Shown here piece by piece: positions 30,459 to 38,925 of a DNA stretch of 64,000 nt. Origin of the DNA: a virus. Positions within the stretch are counted from its first letter, which is position 1. The number at the start of each line of letters is the position of its first letter. The notes below the pieces were generated by a model. That model was given only the letters and a program-made list of their open reading frames with translations, had not been told where the DNA came from and ran no database searches. The stretch lies in the IMG/VR virus record IMGVR_UViG_3300032289_001637, positions 30,159-94,158 of that record; one strand, given 5' to 3'. The position numbers were made by a program, and so were the translations under genes.

Positions 30459-30754
30459 TCATTCAATTTAATCCCTGCAGCAACCTCAATTACCTTATAC
30501 ACAGTTGGGAGATCCATGATCTCTTCCAATTGCTCCTTAGTTGCTAACTCTGCATTGTATTGCTTCATTGCAATAACAGCACAGTTTAACAAAAGATCCA
30601 TTGATTTGATATTATCTTCTGCAATTTTTGGATCACTAATCTTTTGAAACTCTTTCATAAAATCTCTTAACAAAGAAATTTTAAGTGGTTTCATAGAAAT
30701 GTTAGAACCATCTAGTAGCTCTACTTCTACAACTTCATATACGCTAGTTGCCAT
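30419..30754 (-). CDS. Tail assembly chaperone (G)
   Basis: Between major tail and TMP genes; slippery heptamer near the 3' end. Confidence 0.85.
   Translation of the reverse strand: MATSVYEVVEVELLDGSNISMKPLKISLLRDFMKEFQKISDPKIAEDNIKSMDLLLNCAVIAMKQYNAELATKEQLEEIMDLPTVYKVIEVAAGIKLNDPNALAAALVGTN
30452..30458 (-). other. Programmed -1 ribosomal frameshift site C CCA AAC
   Basis: X XXY YYZ heptamer in the correct phase (GAC CCA AAC); a TGA in the -1 frame immediately upstream bounds the shift window. Confidence 0.85.
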
Positions 30755-30800
30755 TTATTCCTCCTATAGAATATATTCAATTATATCATAGAAGCCTTGT

Positions 30801-30838
30801 AAAACAAACAATGCCCACCCTTTTTGGGGGTGAGCACT
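30801..30838 (-). terminator. Intrinsic terminator after major tail gene
   Basis: GTGCTCACCC-loop-GGGTGGGCAT followed by TGTTTGTTTT. Confidence 0.75.
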
Positions 30839-30861
30839 GTTTCTATATTTAGTTTTGTTGG

Positions 30862-31563
30862 TTATCCAACGGTACGATCAACGATCTTACCATAGACACC
30901 ATTGGATGCTGGAAGTAAACGGAATGTAACTTCAAACATAGATGCTTCGTCACGCTTTGCAGATACAGTCACATTCTCAATTGAGAGAACACGATTTGCT
31001 ATATACACACGCTCTACCTTTGCATTACCAGTTGCTAAAGGATCACCAGAACCTGGACCAACAGCGATAAGTGCACGTTCTACAGGAACGTCACCTATTT
31101 CGCCACCTGATAGACTAAGGTCGAATTCTCCAGAAGTCAATCTACCTGAAGCATTCACAGATGCTGAAACACTTGTAACACTTGTTGGTGATGCAATTGC
31201 TACAACAAGGTTTTCAAGAGTGGCTTCAGCAAATGCTGTTACCATGTTTACTTGCATACCTTGCTTGTAAAGCTTTGCAACATCAAGAAGCTGATCTACC
31301 TGAACTTCACCGAAGTCTGGTTGGAACTGTAGTTCTAAACCATTCATTGTGAATCCTAGATTTCTCCAGTTTACAGATGCAGATGCTGTTTCAAGAAGGT
31401 CTGCGTAAGCTCCAGAACCACTTAGTGCTGGAAATGCATTTGCACTACCACTTGAAAATCTGTAATCACTGTTAGCTGTGTTAAATTCTAGTGCACCCTG
31501 CTTCGAAACGAAGAGTTGGGCTGCACCAACGATAATTTGATTGGAATTTCCACGAGTTGCCAT
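30862..31563 (-). CDS. Major tail (tube) protein
   Basis: IIVGAAQLF, GFTMNGLEL, VDQLLD, EATLENL, FEVTFRLLP; own terminator. Confidence 0.85.
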   Translation of the reverse strand: MATRGNSNQIIVGAAQLFVSKQGALEFNTANSDYRFSSGSANAFPALSGSGAYADLLETASASVNWRNLGFTMNGLELQFQPDFGEVQVDQLLDVAKLYKQGMQVNMVTAFAEATLENLVVAIASPTSVTSVSASVNASGRLTSGEFDLSLSGGEIGDVPVERALIAVGPGSGDPLATGNAKVERVYIANRVLSIENVTVSAKRDEASMFEVTFRLLPASNGVYGKIVDRTVG

Positions 31564-31641
31564 ATTTTTTTCACCTCTTTTTTGATCTTAAATTTATGGG
31601 GAGATTGGCGTTTCCTAACTTAAGTATACATCTAGTTTTTA

Positions 31642-32223
31642 TCATTCATTAAACTGTTTTGAATGATAATCATATTTAATAATAAGATCTCTAGTTGGAT
31701 TATATTCCATAAAGTCTGATACGTCTTGTTGATTATCTGTGAATCCAGACTGATAAACATTTACACAATGAAAATGATACCTATTTAACTCTGGATAACT
31801 AGGACTATTGTAGTCTGGCAAATTTTTAGTAAATTCGTTAATATCTTTTCCTGCATCATCTTCCCTATCTAGTATGCTTTGAACTAAAGAAGTAAGATTG
31901 TAAGTAGTTTCAAACCTATCTTGCTGGAACTTATTAACGCCCCACAGAGAGCCACCATGGATAGTATATCTCATCTGATCAGTTTTGATAGGGTAAAAAT
32001 ATTTATACCCTCCACGGATTCTACTAAACTTATCAAACACAATATATGGTAGATCATTTTCTAAAACTTGGGATGGAAGGTTAGAAGCTGGTGCTGGAAA
32101 AAATGGAACTATTTGAGAACCTCCAGAACTTGGTGGATATAAAGATGAAAATTGCGGAGCATAAGTTTTAAACTGTTCCCAAACATATAAGTTTATAATT
32201 TGCTCTGGTCTATAAATTATCAT
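31642..32223 (-). CDS. Tail terminator/completion protein
   Basis: Synteny immediately upstream of major tail; PYIVFD motif. Confidence 0.55.
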   Translation of the reverse strand: MIIYRPEQIINLYVWEQFKTYAPQFSSLYPPSSGGSQIVPFFPAPASNLPSQVLENDLPYIVFDKFSRIRGGYKYFYPIKTDQMRYTIHGGSLWGVNKFQQDRFETTYNLTSLVQSILDREDDAGKDINEFTKNLPDYNSPSYPELNRYHFHCVNVYQSGFTDNQQDVSDFMEYNPTRDLIIKYDYHSKQFNE

Positions 32224-32903
32224 AAGGCTTCTCCTGGAGCTTTAGCTATCCAAGAAAGTGCAGTTGCTCTTCCTGTAGAAGATCCTCCACCATTTACACC
32301 TGATGAAAAATAATCTTCATACACTTTTGGATTTGAAAAATAATCATAAAATTTTATTGCAGGAAGGTAAACATTTGTAAAGTAGGATCCATAGAACTCA
32401 TTGAAGGCTTCTACAAAAGATCCTCTTGTTGCTTCTCCGCCAGGATTAGCAATTATAATTGGACCAACTCTAAAATATTCTTCACCATTAATTGTAAATG
32501 CAAGAGCTTTTGCATTTTTTTCATTAATAGTTACTGGAATTCCCTCTTCCATAATAATAGCTTTATTATAAAATGGCTCTCCTCCATCTTGAGATGGTAT
32601 ATTTGATTGTAAAAATTCTGCATCAATAACTGCTGAAGTATTATTAACTTGAAGAGATAAGTCATATAGTCTTTCCATTGGATTTCCAACTTCTCCCCAC
32701 TCATAAACATGGTGCAACATTCCAGGGTGGGATCTGGCTAAACCATCAAGGTATTCGTAAAATACTGAAATAGAAGTAGCACCAACTTTTTGATTTAACA
32801 AAGACTTATTTTTATTTAATTCTGTAACAAATCCATTTGAATACTTAACTGTATTATTTAACTTTTTAATTAAATCATCTGCTTTAATTCTTGAACGAAT
32901 CAT
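32220..32903 (-). CDS. Neck/tail completion protein
   Basis: Synteny; LHHVYEW motif. Confidence 0.55.
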   Translation of the reverse strand: MIRSRIKADDLIKKLNNTVKYSNGFVTELNKNKSLLNQKVGATSISVFYEYLDGLARSHPGMLHHVYEWGEVGNPMERLYDLSLQVNNTSAVIDAEFLQSNIPSQDGGEPFYNKAIIMEEGIPVTINEKNAKALAFTINGEEYFRVGPIIIANPGGEATRGSFVEAFNEFYGSYFTNVYLPAIKFYDYFSNPKVYEDYFSSGVNGGGSSTGRATALSWIAKAPGEAL

Positions 32904-33376
32904 AATTCTTCATCCCATTTCTGATTTCCAGACCTTGAAATAAACATTCTATACATGCCAATATTATGAAACATGTCAAATGATGGAACTATTGTTTTTA
33001 TTTCATACTTTGTTTTTGTAGCACCTTGTTCATATTTAAGGTTTTCTCCATTAACCCAGGCAGGTTCTCCTGACGGGTCTTTTATATTTGTAATTGCTAT
33101 TGCAGTTATTGGATAATACTTTCCAGTATTAGATTTTCTAACATCTTCTGAAACTCTAAAAGCAATGTTTGAACTATAGTCAAAAGTTTTATTTCTCACT
33201 TTTAATTCTGGTGCAATCATTGCATCAACAAGTTCACTAATTGCAGAACAGTTAATTGTTCTATTAAAAACCCATTTTCTAATAATATTTCCATATGGTG
33301 ATTGAGTTTCTTCTGCATAGTATATGTCTGCAGTCATTGGGTAAAAAATACTGTCTAATGAGGAATTAAAAAGCAT
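32900..33376 (-). CDS. Head-to-tail stopper-like protein
   Basis: Synteny; beta-rich; YG....W motif. Confidence 0.55.
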   Translation of the reverse strand: MLFNSSLDSIFYPMTADIYYAEETQSPYGNIIRKWVFNRTINCSAISELVDAMIAPELKVRNKTFDYSSNIAFRVSEDVRKSNTGKYYPITAIAITNIKDPSGEPAWVNGENLKYEQGATKTKYEIKTIVPSFDMFHNIGMYRMFISRSGNQKWDEEL

Positions 33377-34249
33377 TTATAACACCCCAATACGAATATT
33401 ATTCTTATACTTTGTTAGGATTCTGTCAACAACAAGATTTCCAGTTGATGCATTAAAATTCTTTGCAAACTTAATTTTAAAATCAGCATTATCAAATGAT
33501 TCAATATACTTATTTAAATATTTCATATTGTCACTTGAAATGTCAGCAACTAAAAGCTCTGTTGCTTCTTTTATGTCTTGAGGAATTACCTTCCATCCAA
33601 AATCTGCATCAACAAGGTATTCAAATCCATCTGCAAAGTCAACATCCAAGTATCTATCTCTCCATACCCTGTTGTAGTTAACTCTATTAGTTTCAGTTTG
33701 TGTTAGCACAATAGATGTCTTATCTTTTGAAATTTCAAATTCTTGGTCATTTACTGCTGCCGTTGCATCATAAACAAGTTCTAAATTTTCATATAGCTTA
33801 TGAAGTTTATGAATCTTTTCATCAATAACGAGATAATCAGATCCCATTCCAACTACTTCTTTTTCTTTTCTTACAAATTTAAATCCACCAAATGTCTCAG
33901 AATCTATGATATATCTTGCAATTCTTTCCATTTCTTTTACTTGTGCAACAGTTTTTCCTAAAGCAGTTGCAAGGGAATAAATATCACAATATGGTCTTAA
34001 AACATCTATATTAGTAACAACTACTTCATCATCATATATGTTATATACTGTTGCTTCTAAATTACCATCATAGGATATATACTTGCTATTTAATACAAAC
34101 GAAACAACTCCAGTAGCATTTGCTGTTGCACTTGCTGAAAATACTTCATCTGTTAAAAGATCTGAATAATCAATTGTATATTGACCATTTGGAATAAGGT
34201 CTGAAAATGAAGCTATTGGCACACTTCCATTAATTCTTAAAATTTCCAT
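33377..34249 (-). CDS. Head-to-tail adaptor
   Basis: ARYIID...IPQDIKEAT...TGNLVVDRIL..Y pattern. Confidence 0.7.
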   Translation of the reverse strand: MEILRINGSVPIASFSDLIPNGQYTIDYSDLLTDEVFSASATANATGVVSFVLNSKYISYDGNLEATVYNIYDDEVVVTNIDVLRPYCDIYSLATALGKTVAQVKEMERIARYIIDSETFGGFKFVRKEKEVVGMGSDYLVIDEKIHKLHKLYENLELVYDATAAVNDQEFEISKDKTSIVLTQTETNRVNYNRVWRDRYLDVDFADGFEYLVDADFGWKVIPQDIKEATELLVADISSDNMKYLNKYIESFDNADFKIKFAKNFNASTGNLVVDRILTKYKNNIRIGVL

Positions 34250-34440
34250 TACTTAGCACCGAAAGCTTCGGCTACCTCCTCTGGAGATGCGACTCTAATT
34301 CTTGGGAACTTACTAACCCATACATCAGCATCTTTTTTACTTACAACATTATATCCTCTATTAAGTTTACCAAGACTTGTTTCATAAACGCTTGCATTTT
34401 CTACAAACAAACATATTAAATCTTTTTTAACTTTTTCCAT
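34249..34440 (-). CDS. Small hypothetical protein
   Basis: RVASPEEVAE C-terminal motif; follows MCP. Confidence 0.65.
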   Translation of the reverse strand: MEKVKKDLICLFVENASVYETSLGKLNRGYNVVSKKDADVWVSKFPRIRVASPEEVAEAFGAK

Positions 34441-34468
34441 AATGCATCTATATTATTATATCATTCAT

Positions 34469-34504
34469 AAAAAGTAGAGGGGAGACAAGTCAATGCCTCC
34501 CCTC
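34469..34504 (-). terminator. Intrinsic terminator after major capsid gene
   Basis: GAGGGGAGGCA-ttgact-TGTCTCCCCTC-TACTTTTT. Confidence 0.8.
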
Positions 34505-34519
34505 CAAATTTGACTAGAA

Positions 34520-35515
34520 TTAGTCGTTCATGAATGCTACTGCATCAGTTTCTTCAACTGCTACACCAAAGCGTAGGAATACTGTATATTCTACGGTATC
34601 CTTCTTTGGCTTGAACTCACGATGTACTGTGATGTCTCTCTGGAAGCCCCAGATGCGGTTTTCTGGGAATGTAAGTGATACATAACCATGTGGCATCAAA
34701 GGAACTTCAACTAATGGAAGACCAAGAACACGGTATGCGATTGGGCTACCAAGGGTCTGCGGAGCAGCACCATCAATAACACGCTCAACGATACGCTCTG
34801 AATTCAAGTTACCAGAAGAACCAAGACCATTGATAATTTCTGCAACGGTTTCAGTGTCTGCATAGAACTTCATGTTTGAACGGGAACCACGGTACTTACG
34901 AGGCATTGCAAGAACAAGTCCCTGCAGTCTTTCGATAGTTGTACCGTAAGTTGCTGAATTACCATCGGCTTCGATTGATACGAAACCTTCAAGGATGTTT
35001 AGGAAGTTGTTTGTACCAGTTCCTGTACCATTGATGGCTAGATCTTCAAGATCGTTAGCAAACGCACGGGTCATTGTACGGACCAAGTGATCCTCCAGAC
35101 CAGAGCCTTCGATATTATCTTCAAGAGCTTCAGTTGAAACTTCCCAATCAAGACGAATCTTCTTGGTTGTAAGAGTAACCTTTGTGAACTGAACATCAGC
35201 ATTGGTGTAGGTTGCATCAGCCTGGGCTGCTGCACGAATTACACGCTCTCCAACATTCATCTTTTCAAGTTCAGTTGTGTTAGCTCTCATTGTGACTCTA
35301 CGACCATCTTGGGCTAGAACCTGCTGTTCAAAGATATATTCGATAAACTGACGTGATTGTTCAGGCTGCAAAATACCGCCATCAGACACTAGAGCACCAA
35401 CTGGGTTAGTATTGTCAAGAATTCCAGCTGCTGGAGTACTTACTCCACCAATACCACCCGATACGATGGAACTAGCTGCAGCCGCTTTTTCTAAAATTTC
35501 ATTATTTTCTGTCAT
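34520..35515 (-). CDS. Major capsid protein (HK97 fold)
   Basis: GGILQPEQSRQFI, EALEDNIEG, NDLEDLAING; strong RBS; follows protease/scaffold. Confidence 0.92.
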   Translation of the reverse strand: MTENNEILEKAAAASSIVSGGIGGVSTPAAGILDNTNPVGALVSDGGILQPEQSRQFIEYIFEQQVLAQDGRRVTMRANTTELEKMNVGERVIRAAAQADATYTNADVQFTKVTLTTKKIRLDWEVSTEALEDNIEGSGLEDHLVRTMTRAFANDLEDLAINGTGTGTNNFLNILEGFVSIEADGNSATYGTTIERLQGLVLAMPRKYRGSRSNMKFYADTETVAEIINGLGSSGNLNSERIVERVIDGAAPQTLGSPIAYRVLGLPLVEVPLMPHGYVSLTFPENRIWGFQRDITVHREFKPKKDTVEYTVFLRFGVAVEETDAVAFMND

Positions 35516-35539
35516 TTTTTATTTCACCTCCAGTTTCTT

Positions 35540-36082
35540 TTAATGATATAGGTCAGCGGAATTTAGGAAACGTCCACCCCACACAGACCCTTTTTTGATT
35601 GTATTGCCCTGAACGATCCCGCCAAGATCGCCAGACTTACGGACAGCGGTATCGTCTTCTAGACCATCTACACGCTTTCCAAACTCTTCAAGATTGCCTT
35701 TTACCGCAGAAATATCTTCATTGGTTGTATCAACTGACTTTTTGATACCTGCAACTTCTTCTTTTAGTGACTTAATTGTTGAAACAAGTTCACTCACTGC
35801 CTCTGTTACTGAAACCTTAATTTCGTCAACAGCTTTTACAAGCTCAGAATCAGCTGAATCTGTCTCAACAACAGACTTTTCAACCTCAACACTATCTGAA
35901 GCTTCTTCTGTATCTTCTACAGGTGCTTCTTCTGGATCAGCAGACTTAACCACTGTTTCCTCAACAGCGTCAACTGCGTCAACTGACTTTTCTACGGTTT
36001 CTTCGGCAGGAGCTTCAGCAACAACTTCTTCAGTTGCAACTTCTTCAACGGTCTCTTCTACTACTGTATTATCTTCTGACAC
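35540..36082 (-). CDS. Probable nested in-frame scaffold protein (internal GTG start)
   Basis: GAGGAGG then GTG TCA GAA GAT in frame at the start of the acidic region. Confidence 0.6.
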   Translation of the reverse strand: MSEDNTVVEETVEEVATEEVVAEAPAEETVEKSVDAVDAVEETVVKSADPEEAPVEDTEEASDSVEVEKSVVETDSADSELVKAVDEIKVSVTEAVSELVSTIKSLKEEVAGIKKSVDTTNEDISAVKGNLEEFGKRVDGLEDDTAVRKSGDLGGIVQGNTIKKGSVWGGRFLNSADLYH

Positions 36083-36931
36083 GTTGTTCTCCTCCTCTAT
36101 ATTGTTTTTAACAATTGACTCATTATTGTCAATCGCTGTTTCAAGCGTTTCGCCTGAAGTTTCTGGGGTTTTGGAAACATCTTCAGATTTAGAAAGGTCT
36201 GTAGAACCAATAAACTTGTTTAAAATTGATTTAACTGTCATAGCTTTTTCTGTATCCTTTGTCTCAACAAAACCAATATTTTTCATACTGACTTCACATG
36301 ATGGGCAACTTGAATCATCAACTTCTGAAAGTCTGACTATACCATCATTCTCACACCAGTAGACATTTTCAAGGTCTGCTTTTGCAATTATACCATCTAT
36401 TTGTGCATCTTTGTTAATTTTCTGAATTGACACGACATTTGCAAATTGATTTGCTGGATTGTCTACCAAAGACAGCTCATTAAGTTCATAGTCTTTAACT
36501 ACTCTAATTGTCTTAGCAATATTTTCATCGTAGGCATTTTCTGAATCTTTAATTATTCCGCCAATTGAAAAACCTGAAAGAGTGCCATCAAGTACCTTTT
36601 CCCAAGTATCTTGAGCACCTTTAGAAATGTAAGCATCTACATAAACACCATTATAAAGTTTATCTGTAGATTTATCAAAAAACTTTTCTTGTCTAAAATT
36701 GACAACTTTTCCAACTGCAATAGCTTGGTGCATTTCTCTTAAATTACCACGGAACATTTCAAAGGCTTTTATACTAACATCAGTAGGAACAATATCTGCT
36801 TGTTTGTCAATGTTATCAAGCGTGGCAAATCCAGAAACGATTCTACGCTCTACATCCACTTTAGCAATTGGCATAGATAACTTTATATCATCGTTATCTG
36901 AAGTCCAATAAGCCTTGCTTAAATTAGTCAT
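35540..36931 (-). CDS. Prohead protease fused to acidic scaffold
   Basis: LREMH, GFSIGG, ELSLVDNPAN (HK97-type protease); Zn-ribbon linker; Glu-rich coiled-coil C-terminus. Confidence 0.88.
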   Translation of the reverse strand: MTNLSKAYWTSDNDDIKLSMPIAKVDVERRIVSGFATLDNIDKQADIVPTDVSIKAFEMFRGNLREMHQAIAVGKVVNFRQEKFFDKSTDKLYNGVYVDAYISKGAQDTWEKVLDGTLSGFSIGGIIKDSENAYDENIAKTIRVVKDYELNELSLVDNPANQFANVVSIQKINKDAQIDGIIAKADLENVYWCENDGIVRLSEVDDSSCPSCEVSMKNIGFVETKDTEKAMTVKSILNKFIGSTDLSKSEDVSKTPETSGETLETAIDNNESIVKNNIEEENNVSEDNTVVEETVEEVATEEVVAEAPAEETVEKSVDAVDAVEETVVKSADPEEAPVEDTEEASDSVEVEKSVVETDSADSELVKAVDEIKVSVTEAVSELVSTIKSLKEEVAGIKKSVDTTNEDISAVKGNLEEFGKRVDGLEDDTAVRKSGDLGGIVQGNTIKKGSVWGGRFLNSADLYH

Positions 36932-36981
36932 GTTAATCCTATTATATATGTATTTTTTTATATATTTATAATATTGTTATA

Positions 36982-38541
36982 TTATAGTACTGATCTTCCT
37001 TCGCCACCAGGATTTCTTCCTGTTGTGGTTGCAGTAGAATCAGACGCTTGTGCCGTTCTTTGCTGATCTCTTTCTCTTGTTCCAGACATTTGAGCATTTT
37101 GCTCTGCACGTTGTTGAGGGGTCATAACTACTGGAGTGTCTCCTTGCGGAACCACTGGGAGTCCAAGTCTAGGTCTAATATCATTTGGAACAACAACTTG
37201 TGCTCTTAGATATCTTTCATCAATTTGACTTTGAGTATTTTCATCAGTCAAAGTTAATTCATTAAACTTTAATAAAAGGATGTCTGTTTTTTCTTTAACA
37301 AGTTTATTTATTGTTTTTTCTAAATTCTTTTGAGCTGGTCTAGCTACCTGTTCTTTAAATGTTCTGTCAGATACAAGTGCTGATGCAATTGAACTACCAG
37401 GATCTGAACCAACTTTAGAAATTGGAACTTGATGTGCCATAAGAATGTCGTGAACATTTGAAGTTCTGTACTTATCAAATGATCCTTCTTGAATTCCATT
37501 TTCAACTGGTTCCATTTTAAATTCAACTTTATTATCTGGACCGTCTCCAGGAAGTGGGATGTAAAGAGTTCTATGGTTCTGTCCACGAAGCCCAGACTGC
37601 AAAAATCTAAACAACTTGTCTTCTGCTTCTGAGCTTAGCTTTGCACCCTTAAGTGTAACAATATATCTTGGGACTGCCTTATTTTCAAAATAGTCAATAT
37701 TGTATCTTGCAGCAAGATGATCTCCAACTACTGAAGTTGCAGCAGATACAACATCTGGAACACCATAATAAGTATTTTTTGGACTATATTTTTTAATATG
37801 AATAAGTTCGTTTGGTCTTTGATCTGTTGTAACTGGATTTACTGTTTTTTTATCTTGAAAGTTTTTAAAAAAAACAACTCTTTGATTTACAATCTGGACA
37901 TAGCCATCACGCATACGTCTTACACGAACTGTTGTTGCAGGGATGTGACCAATATATCCAATCTCTCCAGTATTCTTTCTTCCAATTTCAATGTATCCAT
38001 TTCCAGTTGCTTCATAGTCTGTCATTGCTTTTTCAAGGACATGGGTAAAAGTATCTTCATCGTTTAATTCTTCAAGCCAATTTGCAAGTTCAGACTTTGC
38101 TCTTTCAACTTTTCTTTGTGCTCTAACTCTTTGATTTGGATCATCAATTTCTTCTATTCTTGCTTTAACAATATCGGACATTATAAATCCATATCCAAGA
38201 CCAACTGTATTTGCAACCTTTGCATTAATTGCAGCATGGTTTGCAAATGAATTATCAAAAAAGAATGCTAGTTCATCAAGATTGTAAGGTGGTAGAACAA
38301 CGTCAAAAAGACCATAGGCTGTAGTGATATCTTGTTCTGGAAACAACTGCTTAGACTTTGCACCATCTTGACCAGTATAAGCTTTATTCATTCTTGTAAT
38401 TCTGCGTTTAAAGTTTGCATCTATCCCATCAAAATTTTTTACAAGGTCTGCTTCGGTCATAAAGTCATCTGTTTTATTTGCAGATGGTTTATTTCTATCT
38501 AGATTATCAATTCTAGCAATTACTTCATTACTCATCTCCAT
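36982..38541 (-). CDS. Portal protein
   Basis: GNGYIE, YYGVPD, YFENKAVP, ILMAHQVP, PNDIR..LGL. Confidence 0.92.
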   Translation of the reverse strand: MEMSNEVIARIDNLDRNKPSANKTDDFMTEADLVKNFDGIDANFKRRITRMNKAYTGQDGAKSKQLFPEQDITTAYGLFDVVLPPYNLDELAFFFDNSFANHAAINAKVANTVGLGYGFIMSDIVKARIEEIDDPNQRVRAQRKVERAKSELANWLEELNDEDTFTHVLEKAMTDYEATGNGYIEIGRKNTGEIGYIGHIPATTVRVRRMRDGYVQIVNQRVVFFKNFQDKKTVNPVTTDQRPNELIHIKKYSPKNTYYGVPDVVSAATSVVGDHLAARYNIDYFENKAVPRYIVTLKGAKLSSEAEDKLFRFLQSGLRGQNHRTLYIPLPGDGPDNKVEFKMEPVENGIQEGSFDKYRTSNVHDILMAHQVPISKVGSDPGSSIASALVSDRTFKEQVARPAQKNLEKTINKLVKEKTDILLLKFNELTLTDENTQSQIDERYLRAQVVVPNDIRPRLGLPVVPQGDTPVVMTPQQRAEQNAQMSGTRERDQQRTAQASDSTATTTGRNPGGEGRSVL

Positions 38542-38899
38542 GTTTTTTCAACCCCTTTGCTGCATCTTGGAAAGCACCAGTGTCAAATTCACTTGGGATG
38601 TATCCTTGCTTCATTCTGTCAATTTGAACAGAGTGCTCTTCATCGGTAATTCTTGTTACACCTGCCATAAACTTTGCTTCCCCTGGACCAGCACCATAGT
38701 ATGCTGCAGCCTGTGTAATTCTATTAATAGCAGCTATGTCATATTTTCTGGCTGGAATGTTCATAAAACTTCCATTACCATCTCCAAATATTTTTCCTGT
38801 TTCTGTTTTCCAAACATATATACCGTATTCAGCATCGTTTTCTACAACTCTTATTTTTGGCTTGTTTGGTAATTTTTGTAATCCTTCTAAATAATCCAT
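38528..38899 (-). CDS. Hypothetical protein upstream of portal
   Basis: 123-aa ORF with TGGTACAAT 6 nt upstream. Confidence 0.7.
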   Translation of the reverse strand: MDYLEGLQKLPNKPKIRVVENDAEYGIYVWKTETGKIFGDGNGSFMNIPARKYDIAAINRITQAAAYYGAGPGEAKFMAGVTRITDEEHSVQIDRMKQGYIPSEFDTGAFQDAAKGLKKHGDE

Positions 38900-38925
38900 G
38901 ACAACATTGTACCATAAATTGCTCT

